A DNA stretch of 49,797 nt from Tubiluchus corallicola (lineage: Eukaryota > Animalia > Priapulida), in the NCBI GenBank assembly GCA_030141605.1, contig JAQGDQ010001281.1, positions 1 through 49,797 on the forward strand. The letters run 5' to 3'. Under the pieces are notes generated by a model. That model was not told where the DNA came from and ran no database searches. It was given only the letters and a program-made list of their open reading frames with translations. Positions 10,442 through 22,400 of the stretch are shown piece by piece. The translations under genes were made by a program, and so were the position numbers. Each line of letters opens with the position of its first letter. The first letter of the stretch is position 1.

Positions 10442-13400
10442 ATCTCCTCCTCTCTCTCTCTCTCTCTGTCTCTCTCTATCTCTCTCTCTTGCTCTTTCTC
10501 TCACCCTCTACTTCTCACTCACTTAATGAACTACACATATGCTATGCTGTTACTTATCCCAAACTTAGAATTTAAACAATTATTTTCAGTACTTAGTGCC
10601 CTAGACAACTGTCTAGTTATAGAGCAGGCCGTGTTTACGATAAAGATTTACTACCTGCATGATCGAACTTTATCAAAGATGTTCTGTTGTTAAACTTCCG
10701 TTAGCTGTCTGAGCGTTTTAAACTAAGCGTTTCCATAACACTTTATCAAAGATGCTCTGTTGTTAAACTTCTGTTAGCTGTCTGAGCGTTTTAAACTAAG
10801 CGTTTCCATAACACTTTATCAAAGATGTTCTGTTGTTAAACTTCTGTTAGCCGTCTGAGCGTTTTAAACTAAGCATTTCCATAACACTTTATCGAAGATG
10901 CTCTGTTGTTAAACTTCTGTTAGCTGTCTGAGCGTTTTAAACTAAGCATTTCCATAACACTTTATCACAGATGTTCTGTTGTTAAACTTCTGTTAGCCGT
11001 CTGAGCGTTTTAAGCTAAGCGTTTCCATAACACTTTAACAAGGATGTTCTGTTGTTAAACTTCCGTTAGCCGTCTGAGTGTTTTAAGCTAAGCGTTTCCA
11101 TAACACTTTAACAAGGATGTTCTGTTGTTAAACTTCCGTTAGCTGTCTGATCGTTTTAAACTAAGCGTTTTCATAATTTCAGGAAGATCAAGAATTTGAA
11201 GAAAAAGTTCGACTAAGAATGACAGCGGTGAGTTGAGATGGTTTTCCACAAACTGTTTTTGAATTACAACTAGCTTTTTGAGCGGAAATGCGTCAGTGTG
11301 GCATATCCTGGTACATTGTGTCTATTTTTATGATAAATTAGTTGCTTAGATCTGCCCTCGTAATAGATCAATGTGTAAAGGAAAGCTGTTTTAAATAGTG
11401 ATTTTGATTAAACTGGTGATTAAATTATTAAATTAGTAATTCAAGATTAAATGTAAGATGAAACTATCGCCGTGGCTAGAAGCCCAGTTAGGTGTGGCAT
11501 CACATGATCAGCTGATGTCCGACCGGCTGACCCAGATGTAAAGATTGATGATGTAATCCTTATGCGCAGAAGCTCATGGCGCATTGGGTAGTTAGACAAA
11601 AGTGTTTTGAGGCCCGCACCTCGGGGGAGATTAGGAACTGACTTGAAGACGGAGGGCTGGCATTACTATCCTCTTATATTTACCGTGTTGTGTTTGATGT
11701 TTAACAAATGTGTAGTTTATTAAATAAAGTCTTGATAGTTTGCCATGCCCATCGTGGCTGTTTCACATGCCACACAATAAACAACAATAATCAGCAAGCA
11801 GCTTTAACCACTATAATAAACAGACTCTAACGCAACCACTATACCAATTACTTTACTCACCTCGTATTAATGAATAGTTTGTAGATTTTATTATTTTTGT
11901 TGCTTCCAAACCAAAATCGTCCATAAGTCGGCATACTTTAAACTACGTTATGATGCTTCAAAGTAGAAGGTAGCAAAAACGTGGTCAAATGTTAGTTTCT
12001 TATTTTTTACAAAAACAAACAAAAGCTAAATATATTGGACTTTTATATTCCGGTAGCAAATTATCAGGAAAATGTTGAAAAATACCAAAACCCTAATTTT
12101 ATAAGGCCCTGCCCAGTTTTCTGACTAAAAACTAGTAATGTTTTAAATTGCAAAAAGCTCATATTTTCAAACTCCAAGTAGCTCGTGGAAGCGGTCATTT
12201 TGCTTCTGTCTTTTTCTGTTGCCAAGCCCAGATCTTCGTCAGCAAGAGCCATCTACTTAACTGCTGTGTGGACTTGCTAATTCCATAGCAACCAACATTT
12301 GTGCGGTTGCTAAGTGTTTTGTAGAAACGCAATAAAAACAATGGCTGACTTTAACAACGATTTTCTCAAGATTATGTTTTTCAGTGTGCAGCCTGCACCT
12401 CAACTTCAATGTGGATTATCTCAGCTTAGAAATAACATAGAGTGATGAACTTGGTATCAAAATGATCCTCATGAAATGGAGATTCAGGATATGTGAATAA
12501 CTAGAAAAGCTTAATAGCCGATTTATGGACAATTTTGCTCTTTGCAAGCACATATTTACCGTTGTACCTAATTACCCTTCAATAGGCTATTTATCTATTC
12601 ATGCATCTTGAATGGCTATCTAGGCTTCTGGTGACATTTATTTATTTTCTGGACAACCTGTATTAAGATAAGTTAATATTATATCTTACCAAGTGCTATG
12701 CTATGTCCTTGTGGCTCTTTGTCAAGCATATTCTGTAGTCTCAGTATAAAGGTGCAATTAACTTATGTAGTGTGTGACATCATAAATGTTTGTGACAGTG
12801 TTCCCTCGCTACTTCCCTCGGGCGTGGAACGGAACACCTGCGATAAGTGAGGGAACACTGTATATCAAGTGAAATCTCACACGTACTTTTCTCATTGTAT
12901 CGTGTATTAACCCTTGTTACTAAAACATAGCTAGCCTAGTAGTAGACTATGTAGTAATGTAGTCGGCCGACTCATCTGTACTTTGCAAATGTAACTTACT
13001 AATAGAATTAGTGCGGCAAATTTGCTCTCGTATTACAAAAAATTATGCACTTTTTGAGAAAATTGTGAAATTTCTAACATAACTAGGGACACCCTATGTT
13101 GGTAAGTGCATTGAATATGCTGTTTTAGGGCTACCTTTGTCTGCAAAGTTATGACGATTTTTGAGAGTTTTGCCATCTTCGATGGTGGCCATTTTGAAAT
13201 TGATTTCTGACAGCCCTCAAAGATTAAACCTGATTTCCTTCCTCAGCGAAATGAAACATTATGATATTTCTTAGTTCCTTAACCTATGTTACAAATTTCC
13301 CTAGTTTTCTCAAAAAGTGCACAATTTTTCTGTTTATCTGTTGTACAAAATGTTCACATGCTTTGTTCTTTGTTCTCTTCTGTTACACACGTCTACAATG

Positions 13401-16400
13401 TATAAATCAGCAATGCTAAAATTTTCAAGTGGCTCAAGTTGTCAATTCCCCACGCACAAGGAATTAGTTCGTAAAACGGATTAGGATTTGGGTTAGGATT
13501 GGGATTAGGGTTAAGGTTAGGATTAGGGTTTGGTTTAGCGATAGGATAAGGGTTAAGGTCAGGATTCGGGTTTGGTTTAGCGATAGGATAAGGGTTAAGG
13601 TTAAGATTCGGGTTAGGTTTAGCGATAGGATAAGGGTTAAGGTTAGGATTCGGGTTAGGTTTAGCGATAGGATAAGGGTTAAGGTTAAGATTCGGGTTAG
13701 GTTTAGCGATAGGATAAGGGTTAAGGTTAGGATTAAGGTTTGGTTTAGGTTTAGGGTGAGGGTTGGGGTTAAGGTTAAGGTTAGGATTAGGGTTTGGTTT
13801 AGGTTTAGGGTGAGGGTTAAGGTTAAGGTTAGGATTAGGGTTTGGTTTAGGGTTAGGGTGAGGGTTGGGGTTAAGGTTAAGGTTAGGATTAGGGTTTGGT
13901 TTAGGGTTAGGGTGAGGGTTGGGGTTAAGGTTAAAGTTAGGATTAGGGTTTGGTTTTGGGTTAGGGTGAGGGTTGGGGTTAAGGTTAAAGTTAGGATTAG
14001 GGTTTGGTTTAGGGTTAGGGTGAGGGTTAAGGTCAAGGTTAGGATTAGGGTTTGGTTTTGGGTTAGGGTGAGGGTTGGGGTTAGGGTTAAGGTTAGGATT
14101 AGGATTAGGGTTTGGTAGGTAGGGTGATGGTTAGGATTAGGGTTTGGTTTAGGGTTAGGGTGATGGTTAGGATTAGGATTTGGTTAGGGTTAATGATAGG
14201 GTATTTAAATTGTGTGGGGAATTGTAAACACCTTTCAAATTTATTTGTGTCTGTCAACAAAGGTTAGGTTTTTGAATTTGGGACAGAATTTAAGCATCAG
14301 TCCAGCTCTTCCATCTTCACTATCAAACAATTACAAATAATTTAAACCATTTTCATTTGTTTTCAACAGTTACATGACTTACTCATCACATTTTGCTGAA
14401 TATTTTAACACTAGCGTACAAAAAATTACATACTGACCTATATTTTGTTTTTCCTATTACCTATTTTTATCTATTTTTGTTCTAGTCTCAAGCACCAGAC
14501 TTTCAGTGTTTTGCATCTGGTCATTTACGAGTCGTCCACTTGACAACACGACAAGAAATGGTCGCCGGTAAAATGTAAGCAAATTATAGTTCGGGTATTT
14601 TCTTCAGCAATCGTGAATTTTACTAAATATTTGCGTCGCACCGAGCCTTTGTTCCAATTCGTGAAAATGCAAATGTTTGTCTTTGCAAAGTGTCAATGTT
14701 TATATCTTATATAACCACCGTGCTGGACTCGTTTCTTGTACATTTCCGGAAATCACCGCAACCGTCTCCGTATCGGTAATAATCTCCTGTTTCTTACATT
14801 TGTTATTTAGATTATCTGCAAATATCACATTTGTGCAAATAATTAGTTAGTTTCAACTCTTCCACTCTGAGCAGCAAAATATTGGACTGAATTCGACTCA
14901 GGGGGTCGAACTCCAAGATGGCATGGCGGTCTTGATATTGCGCATCATGAAGTTCCATTTTACTATCGTTGTGTAACAGATTACTTAACTACAAATGTTA
15001 ATGTTAATTACAAATGTTATGTTAATTAACTAAGTTAATGTCTGTAAACTAGTACCATATACCTTTTATAGCATGTCATTTAACTCTCATAAAATAAAAT
15101 ACACAAAAACTACACTGTACGAAGCTTATTATCAGCACTAATAAAAATAGGGAACAAAATACACACACAAAAAATAACTAACTAACTCAGTAACAGCACT
15201 GCACCCGAGGAGCACCTGTGTCAGAAATCAAGGTTGTAGTGACCTCTACACGCTTTTATACTGGCATTCCAGGTCAGCTGGCTTCTCACACCACGTGTAG
15301 GCCCAAACAAGACGTCTGGACCTACAAGAAAGAGGTGAGTCGCTGCTGACGTGGAAGCAGGGTGTATAGAGGGCCCTACACCTGACCCGACACAGGTAAC
15401 AATATCTTAAACAAAGTACGGGACGTACTTTTGTGACGGGAACACAAAAGAATTTCCTTCATAGCGTACGGTGTTCTCAGAAATCTTTATTTCTGTATAT
15501 ATAAAAAATGAAAATAATAAATTTGACTCCTTTCACTGCTTACAAATGTATAATGATCTAATTATTATAATTTAAGACAATAAAAGTAAATATTACTCAC
15601 ATCGTGCGGCGATAACAACTTAATACATCCTTGGGACGTCATACTGGTTTACAGCAAATCAGGTAAAGACGCTACAAATAATTGCTTGAAAATTTATCTA
15701 AACATTATTTAACGTTTGCTGAGGCTTCTGTGAGCGTGTTTAGCGAGGCACAACCTAATTTGCAAGTTCACAGGTAAAATTACAGGTAAGTGCACCTTAA
15801 CAAGTACTTTCCTGTGAACCATTGCCATTATTTGGGATGTATCCGCCTCTCAGTGCCCGTTTTATTCCAAATACTGTAGTTAAACCCAGTCATACTTGCC
15901 TTCAATGGTTTTATTTCGTTTAATTGATTTTAGCTGCGAAGTTTTTGCAATATTCATGGTGTAGTAGTCCCAAGCAACTGAAAATAAAGCTGAATTGAAT
16001 TGACAATGTTTTGTCGGGAAATGGTTGCAAATAATTTTGTTCAAAGTATGAATTTTGGTTGATAATGGTCTTGTACTAACCGTTTTCTTGCGCAAAAGTT
16101 TTCTCTGCTGGCAAGTTAGGATGCCACAAGTTTTTAGTAACATGGTAAGTGTTTGGTGCAGTGGTAGAACAAAATGTGTTTTTTTCTTGCATAGTCTGTT
16201 AATGTTATACAGTTGGTGGTCAGGTAATGCTCGATGATCACGGTGTATTCTGACCAACTGTGCTGTTGTGCATCAAATGTGAACAAGTTCCCATAGTTCG
16301 ATAATAAAACAATAACTAAAACTCGTACTGTTGACAGTAAACCTAGGCTCGTACTGTGAGCAAATTACTGGCAGTAACCTAGACTCATACTGTGAGCACA

Positions 16401-19400
16401 TTATTGGCAACAACCTAGACTCGTACTGTGAGCAAATTATTTGCAGTAATCTAGACTCGTACTGTGAGCAAATTATTGACAAGATCCTAAACTATTGATT
16501 GGTAACCATTTCCTGGCAAAACAATTTAATTCAATCGCGCTTTAATTTCATTCGCTAGGACTACTACCCATGGAATGATTTTGTTTTGGAAAGCTACTTT
16601 GATGTAAATGAGAAGATAAACAAAATGCCTATGTCCATGTCTATGTCCATGTCTATGCCTATGTCTATGTTTATGTCTGTGCCTATGCCTATGTCTATTT
16701 TATGTCTATTGCAACTTCTCTATGTCTATGCCTATGTCCATGTCTATGCCTATGTTTATGTCTATGCCTATGTCTATGTCCATGTCTATGTTTATGTCTA
16801 TTGCAACTTCTCTATGTCTATGCCTATGTCCATGTGTATGCCTATGTCTATGTCTATGCATATGTTTATGTCTATGCCTATGTCTATGTCCTTGTCTATG
16901 CCTATGTTTATGCCTATGTCTATGTCCATGTCTATGTTTATGTCTATTGCAACTTTCATAATTACATTTGCAAAAATAGGTAACTCTATTTCTATGCTTA
17001 ACTGTAGTTGCTAAAATTCTATATTCTGTAATATTTTTCACCTTGCATTTTATATTACACGTCTAACTAATAACCTGTAATTTTTCAATGTTTCAGACAG
17101 GGAAAGTCGTATAATCCAGTTCTGTTGACCAATCCACCATCAGACAAGCTGTGGTTTACACTCTACTTTGACGTTAGTCGTCTATCCCATGATTGTCAAG
17201 GTATGAACTACAATTCGCAAGGTCAGTGAAGACCCTCGTCCAGGTTAAGTGCGTGGGTGGTAGACGTGACAGGCTTACAGCTGTTCGAAGATTTTGTGGT
17301 CACGTTGTAGGGACCCCTTCTCTTTTCTTGTCATTGTTGCAGTTGGTTTACGTTGATGTTCTGTGTGTGCGTTGTATTACGTATGTGTTATGTCCGTAGT
17401 TATCACATTCACATCTAAGGTTGGCAGTCAATGTGACCGCCATCACTGTTCGCCCCCCCCCGGGAAAGTTTGACCTGGCTCCTTCTCTTTTGTCATTGTT
17501 GAAGTTGGTTTACGTTGATGTTCTGTGTGTGCGTTGTATTACGTATGTGTTATGTCTGTAGTTATCACATTCACATCTAAGGTTGGCAGTCAATGTGACC
17601 GCCATCACTGTTTCCCCCCCCCCCCCCCCGGAAAAGTTTGACCTGGCTCCTTCTCTTTTCTTGGCATTGTTGCAGTTGGTAGACGTTGATGTTCTGTGTG
17701 TGCGTTGTATTACGTATGTGTTATGTCTGTAGTTATCACATTCACATCTAAGGTTGGCAGTCAATGTGACCGCCATCACTGTTCGCTCAAAGGAAAAGTT
17801 TGACCTGGCTCCTTCTCTTTTCTTGGCATTGTTGCAGTTGGTAGACGTTGATGTTCTGTGTGTGTGCTTTATATTACGTGTTTTATCACTTTAACATCTA
17901 AGGTTGGTTAGTCAAGGTCACTGGCTCCCCGCCGGGAGAGTTTGAAGATAGTGAGTAGGGACCGGGTCTGTCTTGAAACAAACGGCTAGCAATTAGTGGT
18001 CAGTCAGGAAATAAAACATATGTACTTGTACAATAATTGCAGTGTTAACGTTACCAGTGCATTTTTAAAACAGAATAATGCAATATGTGCTGCCTTAATG
18101 CATCAAATTAACTTAAAGAAGTTGTTGATAAAATAAAAATTGGCTGTGTGCAAAGTAAAAAAAAATCGTTGTTAAAATGAAACAGTGTGACGTTAACTGA
18201 AGAAAAGGCGTTAAATGTTCAGCGTTGTTAAACGAAACATCGCTAAACGGGGAGTCGTTAAGCGAGGTCTTACTGTATTCACTTTACACTTGTCTTACGC
18301 GTGTCTTACACTTTGCATGTCTTACTGTATTCACTTTACACTTGTCTTACGCGTGTCTTACACTTTGCATGTCTTACTGTATTCACTTTACACTTGTCTT
18401 ACGCGTGTCTTACACTTTGCATGTGTTACTGTATTCACTTTACACTTGTCTTACGCGTGTCTTACACTTTGCATGTCTTACTGTATTCACTTTACACTTG
18501 TCTTACACGTGTCTTACACTTTGCATGTCTTACTGTATTCACTTTGCACTTGTCTTACACGTGTCTTACACTTTGCATGTCTTACTGTATTCACTTTACA
18601 CTTGTCTTACACGTGTCTTACACTTTGCATGTCTTACTGTATTCACTTTACACTTGTCTTACACGTGTCTTACACTTTGCATGTCTTACTGTATTCACTT
18701 TGCACTTGTCTTACACGTGTCTTACACTTTGCATGTCTTGCTGTATTCACTTTACACTTGTCTTACACGTGTCTTACACTTTGCATGTGTTACTGTATTC
18801 ACTTTACACTTGTCTTACACGTGTCTTACACTTTGCATGTCTTACTGTATTCACTTTACACTTGTCTTACACGTGTCTTACACTTTGCATGTCTTACTGT
18901 ATTCACTTTACACTTGTCTTACACGTGTCTTACACTTTGCATGTCTTACTGTATTCACTTTACACTTGTCTTACACGTGTCTTACGCTTTGCATGTCTTA
19001 CTGTATTCACTTTACACTTGTCTTACACGTGTCTTACGCTTTGCATGTCTTACTGTATTCACTTTACACTTGTCTTACACGTGTCTTACTATATTCACTT
19101 TACACTTGTCTTACACGTGTCTTACTATATTCACTTTACACTTGTCTTACACGTGTCTTACTATATTCACTTTACACTTGTCTTACACGTGTCTTACTAT
19201 ATTGACTTTACACTTGTCTTACACTTGTCTTACACGTGTCTTACTATATTGACTTTACACTTGTCTTACACGTGTCTTACACTTTGCATGTCTTACTGTA
19301 TTCACTTTACACTTGTCTTACGCGTGTCTTACACTTTGCATGTCTTACCTTGCAAGTCGGCAGAATTTTCATTTAAATCACGATGTATCCATCCAAAGGT

Positions 19401-22400
19401 TTCATGACTTGCTTTCTCACACCACTTTAAATAATTTGGGTGGTGTTTGCTCTTAAATAAGCAGCTCTCGCAGTGAATGCTTCCTGTTATCAGGAATTGA
19501 GCGACTTGCCATTTGATTTGCATAATTGGGTTCACAAAACTCTGCCCCTCAGTGCAGCATTTTTATCTGAAGCAGAAAGATTATTTATCAGCAACTAGCA
19601 GATAGTAGTTCAATTACTGACCAGAGTTTGCATTGTTTAACTTTTGAAGTTTGGCAACTGAAGTTTGAAGCAACATTATTTGCATCAAAACCAGGCATAA
19701 TCTACTGCACGTATAAGCGCTAATATAATTACGAAATTTTCATATTAAATAGTATCATTCGTCAATTTCTGGCAATAAGCTGTTTCGCAGTTTAGTCATG
19801 CACATGCGCAGTTGCTGTAGGTCAGTGGTTACCAAAGTAGGGGTAAATTACCCCCCGGGGTAATATGTTTTTTTTTTACGTGGCTTTACATAATTATGTC
19901 TACGAGTAGGGCGATTTACTATCAGGATCTTGTTCGAGAACAAGAAAAAATGAACTAGGTAAGGTTCTAGCTATTAAACTGTTACTATTACAGTAGCACG
20001 GGCTGCGAGGCGTTGTCAAGTGTACACGTATGCTTTGACTGGTACACTTAACCTTTGACCTTTTAATGTTCATGATCAATCACTGGAACTGTGAAAAGGC
20101 TTATTGGTTAAGTAAGGCAAAGAACGAAATGACAGTCAAATTTTTGAAAAGAGGTAAACTCAGTAGTAGCAGCAATAAGCCCAATTAACAATTAGTCTTA
20201 TAATTAGCAGGTGAGAGCGCATCAGATGTGAGATACGCACTGTTTCCCAATCTGGACAAAGAAGCCATGTCCTCTGATTTAATGATATTGCAAGCAGACT
20301 TGTACGAACCAAGCGGCGGACTGAAGTGTAGTCAGCTAATTAAACACCGTTGGACACCAGCAACTGTCATGAAAAGGGTAAGCTGCCTTTAAAGGAAAAG
20401 TCAAGCTTTCTGGGAAGTCGGGCTTATTTCAAAGTTAGGGGAAAATGTTAGAAGGATTTAGTAATAAAAGTGAAGTGTAGTCAGCTAATTAAACACCGTT
20501 GGACACCAGCAACTGTCATGAAAAGGGTAAGCTGCCGTTAAAGGAAAGGTCAAGCTTTCTGGGAAGTCAGGCTTATTTCAAAGTTAGGGGAAAATGTTAG
20601 AAGGATTTAGTAATAAAAGTGCGATAGGCTCCCCCTGTAATTAGCAAAATCACTTAGAAGTCATGAAGTAAAGCTTGAGTGCTGCTATTTTGTACACTCA
20701 TTCTTCCACCAATGATGTCATTCGCCAACTGAAGAAAAGCAGTGCACTGTCAACTTCTGTCAAAAGTGTGATAAGTTCTTACAAAAACGAATAGAGTTTG
20801 TGCAATTTTTCATGATTATTAGCTAAGCTGCAGAAGTTCGAATTATCATAAGCAGTGCATGCTTACGAAAAGTCGTGACGCGCCTACGAAAAGCGTGATG
20901 CGCCTACGAAAAGTCGCGATGCGCCTACGAAAAGTCGTGATGCGCCTACGAAAAGTCGTGACGCGCCTACGAAAAGTCGCGATGCGCCTACGAAAAGTCG
21001 TGATGCTCCTACGAAAAGTCCTGATGCCCCTAAGAAAAGTCGTGATGCGCCTACGAAAAGTCCTGATGCGCCTACGAAAAGTCGTGACGCGCCTACGAAA
21101 AGTCGCGATGCGCCTACGAAAAGTCGTGATGCGCCTACGAAAAGTCCTGATGCCCCTAAGAAAAGTCGTGATGCGCCTACGAAAAGTCCTGATGCGCCTA
21201 CGAAAAGTCGTGATGCGCCTACGAAAAGTCATGATGCGCCTACCAAAAGTCATGATGCGCCTACCAAAAGTCATGATGCGCCTACCAAAAGTCCTGATGC
21301 GCATACGAAAAGTCGTGATGCCCCTAAGAAAAGTTGTGATGCGCCTACGAAAAGTCCTGATGCGCCTACGAAAAGTCATGATGCGCCTACGAAAAGTCAT
21401 GATGCGCCTACCAAAAGTCATGATGCGCCTACCAAAAGTCCTGATGCGCCTACGAAAAGTCCTGATGCGCGTACGAAAAGTCATGATGCGCCTACCAAAA
21501 GTCCTGATGCGCCTACGAAAAGTCCTGATGCGCGTACGAAAAGTCATGATGCGCCTACCAAAAGTCATGATGCGCCTACCAAAAGTCGTGATGCGCCTAC
21601 GAAAAGTCCTGATGCGCCTACGAAAAGTCGTGATGCGCCTACGAAAAGTCGTGATGCCCCTAAGAAAAGTCGTGATGCGCCTACGAAAAGTCCTGATGCG
21701 CCTACGAAAAGTCCTGATGCGCCTACGAAAAGTCCTGATGCGCCTACGAAAAGTCGTGATGCCCCTAAGAAAAGTTGTGATGCGCCTACGAAAAGTCCTG
21801 ATGCGCCTACGAAAAGTCATGATGCGCCTACGAAAAGTCATGATGCGCCTACCAAAAGTCATGATGCGCCTACCAAAAGTCCTGGTGCGCCTACGAAAAG
21901 TCCTGATGCGCGTACGAAAAGTCATGATGCGCCTACCAAAAGTCCTGATGCGCCTACGAAAAGTCCTGATGCGCGTACGAAAAGTCATGATGCGCCTACC
22001 AAAAGTCATGATGCGCCTACGAAAAGTCCTGATGCGCCTACGAAAAGTCGTGATGCGCCTACGAAAAGTCGTGATGCCCCTACGAAAAGTCGTGATGCCC
22101 CTAAGAAAAGTCGTGATGCGCCTACGAAAAGTCCTGATGCGCCTACGAAAAGTCCTGATGCGCATACGAAAAGTCCTGATGCGCGTACGAAAAGTCATGA
22201 TGCGCCTACGAAAAGTCATGATGCGCCTACCAAAAGTCATGATGCGCCTACGAAAAGTCCTGATGCGCCTACGAAAAGTCCTGATGCGCCTACGAAAAGT
22301 CATGATGCGCCTACGAAAAGTCATGATGCGCCTACCAAAAGTCATGATGCGCCTACCAAAAGTCATGATGCGCCTACCAAAAGTCATGATGCGCCTACGA

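Noticed and set aside
13464-14118. LT-/RV-repeat ORFs, or a true telomere
   Set aside because: Hexamer-repeat artefact; the array is degenerate and internal.
14972-15401. Possible solo LTR (TGTTAC...GTTACA on the minus strand with a TATA-like motif)
   Set aside because: No TSD, PBS or second copy visible.
18215-19407. Three 326-368 aa ORFs
   Set aside because: Translations of a stop-free 52-bp minisatellite in all three frames.
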